Shown: in pieces, positions 10,360 through 23,286 of the stretch | Layout of the letters: the number at the start of each line of letters is the position of its first letter | Position numbering within the stretch: the first letter of the stretch is position 1 | Source: Podarcis filfolensis | Taxonomy: Eukaryota | NCBI GenBank assembly: GCA_964270895.1 | Contig: OZ185435.1 | Reading direction: 5' to 3' (one strand) | DNA length: 64,000 nucleotides | The notes under the pieces: generated by a model | The model's database searches: none | Seen by the model: only the letters and a program-made list of their open reading frames with translations | Told to the model about the DNA's origin: nothing | Program-made: the position numbers and the translations under genes

Positions 10360-10567
10360 ATGTGGGCAGAAGCAAAAACTTATTATCAACAATGGCAAAG
10401 GAGGCATAAATGAGAAAAACAAGGGTGGTTTGAATGGAGAAGCCAGTAGATCTCGGGAAATGGTTCATTTGGTGCATGATGAGAAGCCAGAAAACCAAAC
10501 AGATGAATTCCAGGCAATTGATGAAACGCAGAACCAACAAGAAGTGGCCTTGAAGAGTGGCGTGTAA
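10360..10567 (+). CDS. CD44: CD44 last coding exon (cytoplasmic tail)
   Basis: cattAG|ATGT; (R)CGQKQKLIINNGKGGINEKNKGGLNGEASRSREMVHLVHDEKPENQTDEFQAIDETQNQQEVALKSGV*, collinear with human CGQKKKLVIN...LNGEASKSQEMVHLV...KIGV. Confidence 0.97.
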
Positions 10568-11173
10568 GAGAGCTGCACCAATCCAATTTCATCAGAGGTG
10601 AAGAAGCAAAAAAACAATGCACGGAACTGGGACTAGAACTCACAAATGCAATGAGCTACTGATGTCTTTGAAGCATAATTAAGCATACATTTTCTTCTTT
10701 CTCTATTTTTAATGGTCAGGTACAAGATAAAAATGTCATGTTTCCTCTGCTCAAGATTGCTTAATTTTGCCCGGTTCAGATGGGCGACCACCAACATCAC
10801 CTGTCTCCCAATTGTGGTCTACTGTTTGATAAGGCAGAATACCAACTTCAACTTATTTCCCCTAACTTGTGCAGCTTTCCCCTCATTATATCATAATGGA
10901 GTCACCAGGATCTCTAGCCAGTACCTTTAAGGCATTAAGGTACTGAGCATAACCTTGAGGCCTAGAACGTCAATATTAATTGCAATGGGAGACTTCAGAA
11001 CAGAAATCTTATTTGTCACTTAGCCCTGAAGGATTTGTCATCTTTTTGAATCTCACTCACTTCTTGATATTTGGAATTGTGTGTTGAAGTAATTGAATAC
11101 AGAAAGACAAATTTGTCCAAAAATTCCAGGAATGTCCAATAACAATTTTTAATAGGGTGGAAAGGCGAGTAAG

Positions 11174-11200
11174 AATAAAATTGATTTTATAGCAAATAAA
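11174..11200 (+). terminator. CD44: candidate proximal CD44 poly(A) signals
   Basis: AATAAA at 11174-11179 and 11195-11200, followed by GU/U-rich tgtgatgttgtttttgcattt at ~11228-11250. Confidence 0.45.
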
Positions 11201-13036
11201 TTTTTATTCTCTATAATCTAAATAATCTGTGATGTTGTTTTTGCATTTCAAAGTTGCATATCTGTTGCATGGTTCATAGTTGGAATATTTGTTAAAAGTA
11301 TTAATTCAGCTCCATTTGACTACACCACATTTAGATATAATGGATGTACAACAGTAGATTTTCTATGGGATCCTTTGTATGTTTCCAATGAATTGGGAGT
11401 CTGAATCAAAACCCACCTTCCTATATGTCTGGGTGTTGTGTCTACTTCAAATAACTCTCTCCTTTTTGGAGTTCCATGCATGGCTGCCAGCCTAATGTCA
11501 GAAACAGCACATGTAACTCCTAGTTAGATGGTTGGGTGGGGTGATGGCACTCACAAGTTGTATCACAGCTGCTTACTAGGAAGAAGGGGAGGCTGGTGCA
11601 GTGCAAACACACTAGCAGAGCTGCCAGATTGGCTCTGCTGGTGCATTTGCACCACACTTAACTCTCCTTCCCTGTAAGCAGCTGCAGTGTGGCTGATCAG
11701 AGGTCAGGTGAGTGCCATTGCTGCAACACACTGTCTGCTACTGGTAGCTCCAAGAACCATTCAGAGGTCCAAGAACCACACATGTGGCTTCAGCATTCCT
11801 TTGCATACACATTTCCCATCCTAGCAAGCCATGTGTGGGTAATAAGTTGCTTTTGTACATAGCAACACTATGGTGGTGGTTGTACTCTACTGAGAATATG
11901 TTCCTTCTTAGAAAACTAGCATGTACACAGTCCATTCATCTCATATTAGCTGTATCATATTTGCAACATGATGTTGGAGAGGGGTTTTAACCTTTTGTTC
12001 AGACACTTCATTTGATTGCACCGGGCACATAAAAATAACCACAGCAGTCTCCATCTGCCACAGAGATGAATAGCAAATGATCGCTTCCTTTCCAGCAGAT
12101 AGCTATAAATGGCCTGTTGGTTACACATGACAAATGCTATGAGAAATACAACTCACCTGTAGGACTAAGAAGAAACTAACATAAAAATCTCTGAGAAAAT
12201 CAAACACAAATATTATGAAGCTGAATAACAGTAAATAGTTGCAAATATATCACCACAGTTCCTTGTTCTTCTTATGTCCAATTTTCTTAAGGGACATATT
12301 TTTTAAAAAACTAAAAACTCCTAATTACTTCCTAATTAACACGCACATTATCATACCAATGCAGAAATGTAGGCCTGTTTGTGGAAGGAGTGTTCCATGC
12401 ATCAATGCTACAGCTCAAGGTAAGCACTGACATCTGTACCACATTGTTAATCTGGATCACACTACACTGTGTAGACGAACATCAGCCCTCCACCCTACTC
12501 TGGCTGCTTAAACATGTTTGCACCTTGTCAGATAATAACACTAAGAGTTGTTTGTCTTATTTTATTCACCATTGCCACTGCAAAATCCTAATTTTCTTTA
12601 CAGAGATGCTATGGATTCCTAGCAGCACACCCTCTTTTTGAACCCACCCTTTTAAAAGCCCCCACTCCTGTGGATTCTTTCCAAGTGGAGAGAACCATTT
12701 TTACTGTTTTAGTGTCATGTGGGAACAATTAGAATGTCATTCATTCACGCCCTTTCCAAGGCACAGTGGTGTCAGCAGACTTCTTTTAGACGTCCTTGAG
12801 TCACTGGCAGAGGATTTTCTTCTAGCCAGCATGTTCAAACAGCTGTGGCTTATTTATTTCATTGCTCTCCCCCCCCCCCCATTTGTATCAGGGACACTGG
12901 TGGTCTCCAAAAGTTATAAACACTTACTGAAGCTTGGCAGTTTTCTTCTACAGAAAATATCTCCATTGTTTTCTAAGTTAAAGCCAGATGATATATCCTT
13001 TAAACAAAAACACCCAATATCCCTGGTCCTGACATG

Positions 13037-13050
13037 AATAAAATAATAAA
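13037..13050 (+). terminator. CD44: candidate distal CD44 poly(A) signals
   Basis: Tandem AATAAA at 13037-13042 and 13045-13050 with downstream U-rich tract (ccctttttttgttc). Confidence 0.35.
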
Positions 13051-13590
13051 AGTAGTTTTCCAGCCCTTTTTTGTTCACCAACTCCCTGACTGAAGCACCA
13101 CTGCTTAGGAGTTTAAAAATTGGTTTTCCACTTCTGTGTTGGACATAATTAACTGCTTAAGAGACAAGTCTGCTACCCAAGTGCAGTGTCCTTCAGCTGC
13201 CATTGCTTCACCTGCTTTGATGTAACAGTCTGTGGTGCATGGACAGCGTTGGCCCAGAAAGCACGTTGCACTGGGACAACTGGAAACCTTTGATTTTAGA
13301 TTATTTATTCTCTGATCAACTATGGCATATCGAAACCACAAAATTTAAGTAACATGGCAAGCTTGGTTGTGTCAGACGTATGGTTTCAGACCTCTTTGCC
13401 AGAAAAGGACAGACTTCCTTAGCTGAGTCATACTCCCCATGTATAAGTAATTTAAAATAGAGATTTACATATACTAAGTAGAAATAGTGTTGGGGAATAA
13501 AATACTTTGCACAAACACATCACATATTCTTTTCAGAGTTGAAAAGTAATAATTGACACTCGCTCTAACCGTTAAAATTATGAATCCACA

Positions 13591-13596
13591 TTTATT
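13591..13596 (-). terminator. SLC1A2: candidate distal SLC1A2 poly(A) signal
   Basis: Minus strand: ...tgtactttttatgtacatatcatcAATAAAtgtgg, upstream UGUA elements, downstream GU-rich tgtgatgtgtttgtg (plus ~13510-13525). Confidence 0.5.
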
Positions 13597-16500
13597 GATG
13601 ATATGTACATAAAAAGTACAACACTTAGTGAAATATTGTCTTCGCTGATTATTTCCAGTATATAAAGAATGTCCAGTTTTGTTTTATACATAAGTTACAG
13701 AAATCAGTTCACACAGTAAGAAAGTATTAAAAGCAAATACTGTAGTTACTAAAGGAGGTATAGATAAAGATTAGGAGAATTAGAACTATAAACTACAAAA
13801 AAATATATATACTCAGTAAATGAGGCATTCCCATTACAATATACAAGAAAGTAACCAGAGTTAATAGAAAGTTTTAGCATCTGCATTCATTAGTCTTTAC
13901 ACAAAATGTGGTACAGGAACTGTACATCATTTCGATTCCCAGATGAACACTTCCAATCAATGTCAAAGACCAGGCTTATGGTTTCTTTTGGATGTATTCT
14001 AAATGGATCACATCACATTTCAAGGGAAGAACTGCAAATTGATCATATACACAATGGCCATGATCTCAAAGGCCCTGAGCGCAATAATTTCCCTAAACAG
14101 CAGAGTCCTATACATATCTACTTGGAAGTAAGTTCCATTGAGTTCAGTGTAACTTACCCCCACATGAATGTGTATAGGATTTTGCCCATAGTTGCATATG
14201 AAAAAGAACACATGCACAGATCTTGAGATTTTGTGGCTTTCCCCTTTTGTTGTCTCACACACTTGCAGTCATCAGGCTCAGAGTGATTTGCCACTTCAGC
14301 AATTGCTAAAGGCAATTCACAATAGGTAAGCCGGAATCAAAAAAAGGAATAGTTATAGAGTACTTTTAAGGCAGATGACAACTAGCTTCCGTATGGGATA
14401 TTTTATCCCATGGACTATGCCACAGTAAAGGTGCTACATTTATTGAGTGAAAGCAACAGTGAATCCTGCCAGCCTTTCCACTAGTAGCTCTTTTTCAGAG
14501 AGCTTCTTTATTATCAAAAACATTCAGATTCTTAATATATAAAAAGTATGATTACTGGTGCATGGAAATTCTGAGATACAACCGCACATAAACACAACAG
14601 GTAAAGCACACCTCAAAAACACAGTTGTTTGTGTGTTTCCAAAACTGACATGAATGGGATTTGTGGTTATAATTTTTCATATGCTTATTTTTGAAAAATG
14701 GAAGCAGTATTTGCCTCTGTGCTTCTGGCTAGCTGGTGTAACACAAATCATAAGAATGATAATGATAGGCTTGCATCCAGCATTAGATAAACCCAATGTA
14801 GATCCATGGAAATTAATGGATTTGGCCAATTTGGGTCCATTAATTTCAGTGTGTCTATTCTGAGTAAAACTTAGCTGGAAACAGCCCAGTGTGTGTTGTT
14901 AACAGGCGTGTCTGTGCCTTGATTTAAAGCAAAATGACAGGCTCAGGTTATGCAGATTCTTCAATGGATACTGTTGTCAGTGAACAAGTGAAAGCAAATG
15001 AACATCAGAGGAATCTTGAAATGTTGTTGGATGACAGCAGAAGGAGTCCATGTTGCAAAGCAGAAACAGACATTGCAATTGCAAACAATAAGCATGGCAT
15101 CCAAAGTAAAGAGTACAGCAAGGTTTGTTTTTACTTCTGACCAATGAGCTAACTGATGCAGCGACTTACTAATAATCATGTCTCTACATTTCCAACATAT
15201 CAGGTATACAGACGAAAATATATTAATATTATAAACTCAGAATAATATGCCTACATTAATTCTTTAATGTAGCAGTGATATTGCATTCACAGTGCAGCAA
15301 AATGAGACGGCCAGTCACATTCACTAAGTGCCAGGGATTTACAAACATACACACACACTCACATGCATGCTGCTGGTTAGATATATAAAAACAAAGACTA
15401 ACATATGTACAATGAGTCGGCTGCAATAAAAGGTTCCAACAATTATTCAGACTTTGACATGCACCAACATGTTTATATTATCAACATATAAAACCAGTTA
15501 TCTGCCTATGAAGATTATTCTGATAAATACCTGGAGATGGAAATACTGACAAGCAGCCAACCCAACCCAAATTCTTTTCGGAACATATTATAAAGTTTCT
15601 ACTCCAGCATAACTGATGTTAAATTAAAAACCAAATGGCAACTATTAATACTGTATACACAATTTTACTGAAATTACACGAAGATAAGCTACATTATCTA
15701 CACAAAGTGCGGAGAGGCACTGTTCTTCATGCGGAAAACAACGCACCAAGACTGGTATTCTTAAGAGTGTCATGCTTTGACAGCTATTATTAGTACTTTT
15801 ATCTTACCACTAGAACACATTTGGCTCTAATTACAAGAGTATTTGAAAACTCTGCTTTTAAAATAGAAGAGGATTACAAAATAAGTTTACATTGACAACA
15901 TTCTAGATCTACTGTACAGTTTGCTCACCCAAACGCAAGGCATGTACAACAGGTTTATCTAGTTAAATATACCTGTTTCATGGATCGTTGATGGTTTCAG
16001 TACATATCCTCTGCTGTGTGTGCTGTGCAGTTGGTGTGCCAAGAGACAACATCTACATTGTATTTAAGCTGTTCCTCAGGTTTTAATAACTCTTATTTGC
16101 TCATTCAATGTGCTTGGGTAATAGCAAGGCCATAGGACTAGAGATACTTTATAATTAAATGCTAAGGAAATAAAAGAAAAACAGATCTCATTCATCCTGG
16201 TGAAAAATATACCGCTTGCTTTCTTATAAATGTCTTAAAAATCAGGAGGTATTTCTATATGTGCAAGTCGATTGACATGGTCCCATAAGAATGTTGTTTG
16301 GTCCTTTTGTACAAAGGCAAAGACATGAAACACAGTTCTGCAGTTCCTTACGTTGTCTGAACTTGTATAAATATCATTTTACATGACAGACCCTGCAACC
16401 CTATGATCACCGAGGTGTTCCACGGCTATAAAACTTATTCAATTTTGCACTATAAGGGCAAAGCTCTGCCCTCCAGAGGAAGATCCAACTTTGTTGATAC

Positions 16501-19500
16501 TCTTCCTGTGGAAACTTTTGTGGTCCTAGCCTAAAATAAATTATTGGTCAGCAAGAAGACAAGGAAAAACAAAAGATCCATTCCAACCTCACTTCTGACT
16601 ACACCAGCAAGAGCTCAGCAGGCCACTGAATGTGGCCATTTGCCTGTCTTCTGTTCCCTTCCCCCTGCATAAGAACCCACATACCCGGGAATAACCCCCC
16701 TTGAATTCAACAGGACTCACTTCTGAGTACACATGGCTAAGTTTGGGCTGTTATTCATTAAATAACTATGACCCCTTATTGGCTTTGCTGCCGCCTCCTT
16801 TCTTGTACAGTATTTGTCGAGCAGCAAAACTTATGATCTGGCTTTGAAGTGAACTGGCAAAGCCAGTTACTTTAGCCAGTCTAGAAAAGACTGTGGAGGA
16901 ACTGCAGGCCTGGTCTCTGAAGGCTTCTGGCCAATCCAGCAAACAACGTCTGTGCACATAAATAAATACAGATGCTCATCTCCTTCCACGTTATGATTCT
17001 CACCCAAGCCACTTTGAACTAGCTGGATGCATCACTTGATGCCAATTATGGGACACCAGTTCTTATGCCTGATGGCCCATGACTGCAGCTGGATCAGGGC
17101 CTTCTTCAGAAGCTGCAATCCTAAAGTACACAGACTTTGTAATCAATTCCATTGGAAACATTGGGGACTACAGGAAAATGCAGTAAGGAGAAGGGTTAGG
17201 GGACAAAATATACTGGTGAATAAATTGTTCTGGATCAGACGCTTTGTATATTGCAGGATGGAGACCCTTCCTAATTCTCCTGGTAAAGACACCAGGTTAA
17301 GGCTGTGATTCTAAACACACTTACTAGGGAGTAAGCACTGTTTAACACAGTGGGTCTTTTGCTGAGTAAACATGCATAGGATTACACTGTAAGTATCAAA
17401 AATAACAGATCAATCATTTGTTCATCTGATCAATCTTAAGATTATTATAACAACATAGTGTTCCATAATGAACTGCAGCATTTAAAGACACCTTTATTTC
17501 CTATTTGTGCTTTGCTTAGAGGTTATAAATAAAGTTTACAGGGTTACGTTAATTTAATATAACACAGATAATTTTTATTAATCTATATATGTTATAAGAA
17601 AATTTTCCATTTCCCCTTTAATATGGATTCCCTGTAAATATTGTAGCTTTCTCTCTCTGTCTTATAAGGTTGTATAACAAAATATTGGTATGTCTGTAAA
17701 CAGTATAAGAAAATATCAGTATGTCTGCAAATTACAGATACTAAATTTGTTAATTCAGTCTACACTGTAGTTTGTGGCTGCTGGACAAAAGGTATGAATA
17801 AATGCCTACATTAGAATTGAAGATGTATTTAGAAGTAGAAATACATATTTTCCTCATGCATTCCATAAATTACAGTTCACACTAGGAAGGACAGGAAAGA
17901 AGGGGATTTTTGTTGTTGCAGTATTCAAAAGGAAGCTTGAAGAAGAAGCTTGGAAGAAGTTAAAAAATGGAATGTTGGAATCTACAGCACTGACTGAAAA
18001 ATATCAACTGGTAATCAAGATTTGCAAATAAGCTTTCAAAGCTGTAGAAAATCAATGAATAAAATCCCTGTGAAGCATTATGTGTTATGTACAAAATACT
18101 GTTAATGTGAAAGACTCACAGTATTAAATTGTGTCCATGTCTTGAATAAATGTGCACAAACCCTGGTTTTAAAGACAATAGTTGGGGGATGTGTGTGCCA
18201 CTGACTGAAAAGGAACTTAATTTCAAATAATCTTCTTGTTCCAGCAATAGATCAGTTTTGAAGGAATAAATCAGATCCCTCCAGTTAATGGAATGGGGAT
18301 CCCTGAATATGTAGAGGTCCTATGTGCACATATTTGCTTTTTGCCTTTTAGGAAATACTGTAATAAACCCAGCAAAGACTGGGTTGGATAATAAATTCAC
18401 TTTATCTGCTGGTTAAGGCTGTTCCAAGACAACTGAGAGAGTGTTGGGTGGCTTAGAGGCTGCTTTCAGTCAGCTGAAATGTAGGTAGGTTGACTTGTGT
18501 TATAACCAAACATCCAAGCAAGTGTGTGATGCCATTCAGTGCATATTAGGCAAACTTGCAGCAACACAAAGCTTGGTCTGGCTAAGAACTTGGCTTAGTC
18601 ACATAATCAGAATGAATGTAATCTGGTGACTAGATAACTACACATGTATTATGCCGAACTCAAGCCATTTTAACCCAAATAGTGACATAAAATGCTACCC
18701 CACTGAAGTTGTGTGGACAATAAATGGAAAACAATATGACTAATTGTGACAAATGTTGACCAGTAACACTGGAGGACTGTCATCATTCCGTTTCATTGCT
18801 TCATACTTCCATTACATATGGAGGACCAGCTCCCTCGTCTTCCTTACCTATCCCATGTATCTCAATGAACCTCTGCCCAGCCCACTGATTTTCAAGCATC
18901 ATAAAGTTCTCTCTCCATGTAGAGAAAAGAAGAGCATTAGAGATAGAGTTACATGGCTAGAGTGGCTGCTTGAAAAAATGTTAGTAGCTGCGAGATAACA
19001 GGTATCACAATGATGAGCAAGAGAAAGATAGAAGGAGCTCCAGGTCCAGGGTCATGTCTGGGCAGGAAAAGAGGGGGGCTTTTTTGTTTGTTTTTTTGTT
19101 TTGAGAAACTCTAGAGAAGTACAGGTGAGACATTTGGTAGAAGAAAAGATTAGAGGAGATACAAACGAGAGGGGAGGAGAGCCAAGGAGCTATGGGAAGA
19201 AAAGGATAAACTCCAGTTTCTTGTGTAGAGGAGGGTTAAAGTAAATAGGAATAGGGCACAAGAGTTTGGATCCTTCCCCACACTCAATAGATTTACTTAT
19301 ACAAGTATGAATTACTGATTGTGTCCTATGGAAATCCACTGAAAGCAGAACATCAATGGAATTGCCAACAGCAAAGACCAAACCTCAGCCTGCTCTTCTT
19401 GAAATCTAAGGAAGATACCCACCCAGGGGTGTATCTAGGGGTTGGTCAGGTTAAGTAGGAGCCCACCTGCTTGTCCACACACTCCCCAGGCTGCTTCTTC

Positions 19501-21616
19501 CCTGCTCAGGAAGACCAGGCGACATGTGCAGGATCCTCTTGCAAGGGTGCAAGATAAGAGGGGGATGTGCAAGGGAGCCTAAGTGAACCCACCCATTAGT
19601 TATAGTCCAAGCAGACCCATGCAAATCAATGTACTCAATTTCAACAGGTCTGCTCTGAGTATGACTCATGCTGGGTGTCACCTTATGCCATTAATTATTT
19701 TCTGAAGTCCTTAAATGGTACTAGCCAAAGAACAAAGCCAAGCCACCCAAGAGCAATACAAAATTACAACCTGGTCACCTTTTTTCAAGTGAATGGGATG
19801 CTAGAGAAGGTCTAATGCAAAGTGCTCAACACCCTTCATTTCCCTTGACGACAATGTGAGGCAGATTATCAGCATTCTGAAAACTTAGATCCCTTTTATA
19901 AAGAATCTACAAAGAGGTAAAAGCAAGGTCCTCTTAATTATGCAGACTAGCAAGCGAGACCTGAGCAAAGAAATCATTTCATCCAAAGTGCTGGTGCAAA
20001 ATTAGTCAAGAGAAGCAAATGAAGTGGAAATTGTTTCTCACCTGCTACTTACTTAAGCATTCACCTGCCCAAGAATGACTGAAACAAAAAGGGAAAGGTT
20101 TTGAGCCTAAGCAGGGAAAGCACTAAAACACACACATGCTCTTACTACACACACTCATGCTGGAAAGAGCTTGAAGTGTTGGTGAAATGTCAGGGTCTTC
20201 CGTATAACTTCCTACAAATGATACTTTTAATTGTTTCCTGTCACTGATTCTGTCTAGATTACTATCACAAGTCTGGGCAGAAGGGACAGTTGGAGATGGG
20301 AGATTAGGTTGCAGAGATGATTACAGTTGATTTTACATGCCCCTTGGTAGAAGCTGCATCCTAATAAGAGAGGAATGGAACATAGTATTGAAAGATGGCA
20401 TGCCTCAGGCTAGTAGGAAAAAGCATAGTGTGCAAATTCATGTTGAAAATATAGAACATTTGCAAGTTGAAAGAAGTGTCTATTAAAAAAAGGAATGTGC
20501 GTTAGTGTTGTGACCACTTACAGGGTTCATTTTTTCCCCTGGTTTAGCAACCTAGATTCATATTGGCTAAGCAAACTATGAAATGGCAGCTAAGGATATT
20601 TAGACTTCATAATTAAATAGAAATACTTGTGGACAGTCAGCTGACCAGTTAGAACAACAGAATTATGTAATAGCATTTATCTAGAAGATAAAATATGCAA
20701 GCCTCCAATATAATAGTTGCTTCCCTCTCCCTGTTTTATATTGTTGGGAAAGGAGTATCGTAAGATTGAAATTCCCTGAGTTATAAAACATACAAAAATC
20801 CCTTCCTCCCCCCCACCAGTTTTGTAAAAGATTTTCTTTCTGTTGATATCCATTCAAAAAATCTTAACTCTGCACACATGCGGAATTTATCCCCATTTTA
20901 ATTTGAGAACGTCTTCCTAGTTTATAAAATAAAATAAAAGCAATGGGGTATTTTTTTATTAGTGTTGCTCAAACCATTACCCTAGACAGGGGTCTGGAAA
21001 TCACATTGCTGGCTCAGTACCTTGTTTGCTCATTCTAACTGTGCACTGAACAGCCGCCAAGTATAAAGTGATGTGGGGAAGAATAGAAATACCTATGTAA
21101 GCAATCCCCATGGTACCTCATTGATGTTAACATGAGCATGTGCACAAAAGATGGGGTAGGGCCTTCAATTCTACAAAATGTATGTATTCCATGAAAAGTA
21201 TAATATCAGAGTATAAAAATCCATGGGTAGATTCCTTCCCTACAAGAGCACACTGCCTTTATGTCAAGGAATCAGCAGAGCTGTTTCTCCTCTCTCCCTT
21301 CAGTGTGTCAAATTAGTTGGGAAATGAAAGATATGAGCACAGCTCTCACACACAGCCTACCCCACCCCATCTCTGGCCACTTAGTTAAATTATATGACCT
21401 CCAGAATTCAAGGTGATCAAGAAGAATGGGTGCGCAGGCTGGTTTAATGGGAGACAAAGCCAGTCCTCCTATGACCCAGCCTGCGAAGTTACGTTCATGT
21501 ATGCAGAGAGAGCAAAAGGGAGAAACATGATTCTGTTGAAACCTATGGGAAATCCTTCATGCCTGTTTGGCAAAGGATAATACTCTGTATAAGTCTGCAG
21601 GAAGGCAAACATGTTC

Positions 21617-21758
21617 AGAGTGGCTCAGTTAGTAGAGCATGAGACACTTTATCTCAATATTTTTGGCTCTAGCACCATGTTGGGCAAAAGATTCCTGCAT
21701 TGCAGATGGTTGGACTAAATGACCCTCACCGACCCTTCCACTCTGCAATTCTATGATC
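21617..21758 (+). mobile_element. tRNA-headed SINE with CR1-type 3' tail
   Basis: gctcagttagtagagcatgagacac (A-box, tRNA-Lys-like)...gttgggcaaaagattcctgcattgcag...ttggactaaatgaccc...ttctatgat. Confidence 0.7.
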
Positions 21759-23211
21759 CATCAACAAGAGATTAAATCTTTCCTGCTCCAACTTGCAGAT
21801 ATTTGCTGTGGCAGTGTGTCCTTTTATGATGGGTTGTCAAGGAATTATTGCAGTTTGGGCATCACAACAATTACTAAATATAATTCTGTTACAATTCTGA
21901 ATGGATATTCTTTACCCAAACCCATTTGTACAAACCAAGATATAACTGACAAGATTATTACCGTATCTTATGTTTCAGTTCTCTGTTCACAAGGACCAAA
22001 CATATAAAACATTTTCGCCAGTGTATAAATAGCTTCCAGCTGTTAAACAATATTAAACTTGCTAAGTTTCTTTTTAGCAAAATGAATGCAAAAGATGTGA
22101 TTTATTTGCAGACATTTCATCCCTAAAGAATAGCACCTTATTCCATCCCAGGTCTCAGCAAAAGGGTGACAAGATATTACTTGCTGCAGATTTTCCTGCT
22201 GAAATACCAGTGATATGCATCTATATGGTACTTTGACGTCGCTGGATTGAGACAGCCACATATTGCAGTCTATGTTTCTCCTTGTATGGATAATCAGAAT
22301 TGTGCTAGTTGCTAGTATGAATAGCATACAATCTGGGGTGGTTTATTAGCTCTGAAAACTACATATTTCACACCTAAATTTATATACTGGGAATACAGTC
22401 CATTGAACTCAATTGGAGAAAAAATCATGGTCAAGCCATGTATACATGCTGCCCAGAGGTTAATTCATTTTGGGGGACCGTGCACAGAGGCATTCACACC
22501 CACCCACCACTATAAACTGCAAATCATTTTTCCTATACCTTCAAGTTTTGGGTGACGAAAATGATATCCCCTGGGTGACTACATAGATCTGGCATGCATG
22601 GGGCTCTGGATGGTTAAAAGAACTGGGATATGACCATCGATGTGAGGATGGCATGAATAATAGGGAATTGAGAATATCATATGCTACGTATTAATAAAGC
22701 ACATATAAAACATTTACAGTGATCATATATTACAGTCCACAGTGCTAACTGTATTTGATATGCACCAAGGTGCTGGTTGACATCTACAGCAGGAGAAGAG
22801 GCATTGCAAAAGACTGCACTGTTTACATTATACTTAATGCTTATTAGCCCAAGTCTCACCAGCCATCGGGGCTTTCTGATCTTTCCTCTTTTGCAGCATC
22901 TACATTCTCTACGTCTTGAGTTGAACAGAGGAAGCCCAGCAAAAATACATCTCTTGAACTGACAGGGTGTCCTTCAGCCACATCCATTCAAATGGTGACA
23001 CAATTGAGAGAGATGGTTATGAATTATTTGGCAAAGATGCTAAAGGAGCAATGACTTTATGAGACTGTTTCTAAGTTTCCATTAAGAGCATTAAATAAGC
23101 GAATAGTTTTTATACTAAAGACAGTGAAAAATCTTCTTGAATCTTGAAACCAGCTTTTACCACAAGACAACTTCTGGGGCTTATTAGAGGTGGACCTGGA
23201 TTGTTCCTTCC

Positions 23212-23286
23212 TTATTTCTCATGTTTCCAAGGTTCTTCTTCAACAGCATTGAAGTCTGCAGATTTGCCATTTGTTGCCAGGGTGAC
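23212..23286 (-). CDS. SLC1A2: SLC1A2 exon 11 (GLT-1a C-terminus)
   Basis: ttacAG|GTCACC; VTLATNGKSADFNAVEEEPWKHEK* vs human [23 protein letters not shown]. Confidence 0.97.
   Translation of the reverse strand, partial: VTLATNGKSADFNAVEEEPWKHEK

Larger units (their letters stand above)
13570..23211 (-). other. SLC1A2: probable very long SLC1A2 3'UTR (~9.6 kb)
   Basis: Runs from the exon 11 stop to the best poly(A) signal; AT-rich, repeat-poor; mammalian SLC1A2 is known for a ~10-kb 3'UTR. End point inferred. Confidence 0.5.
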
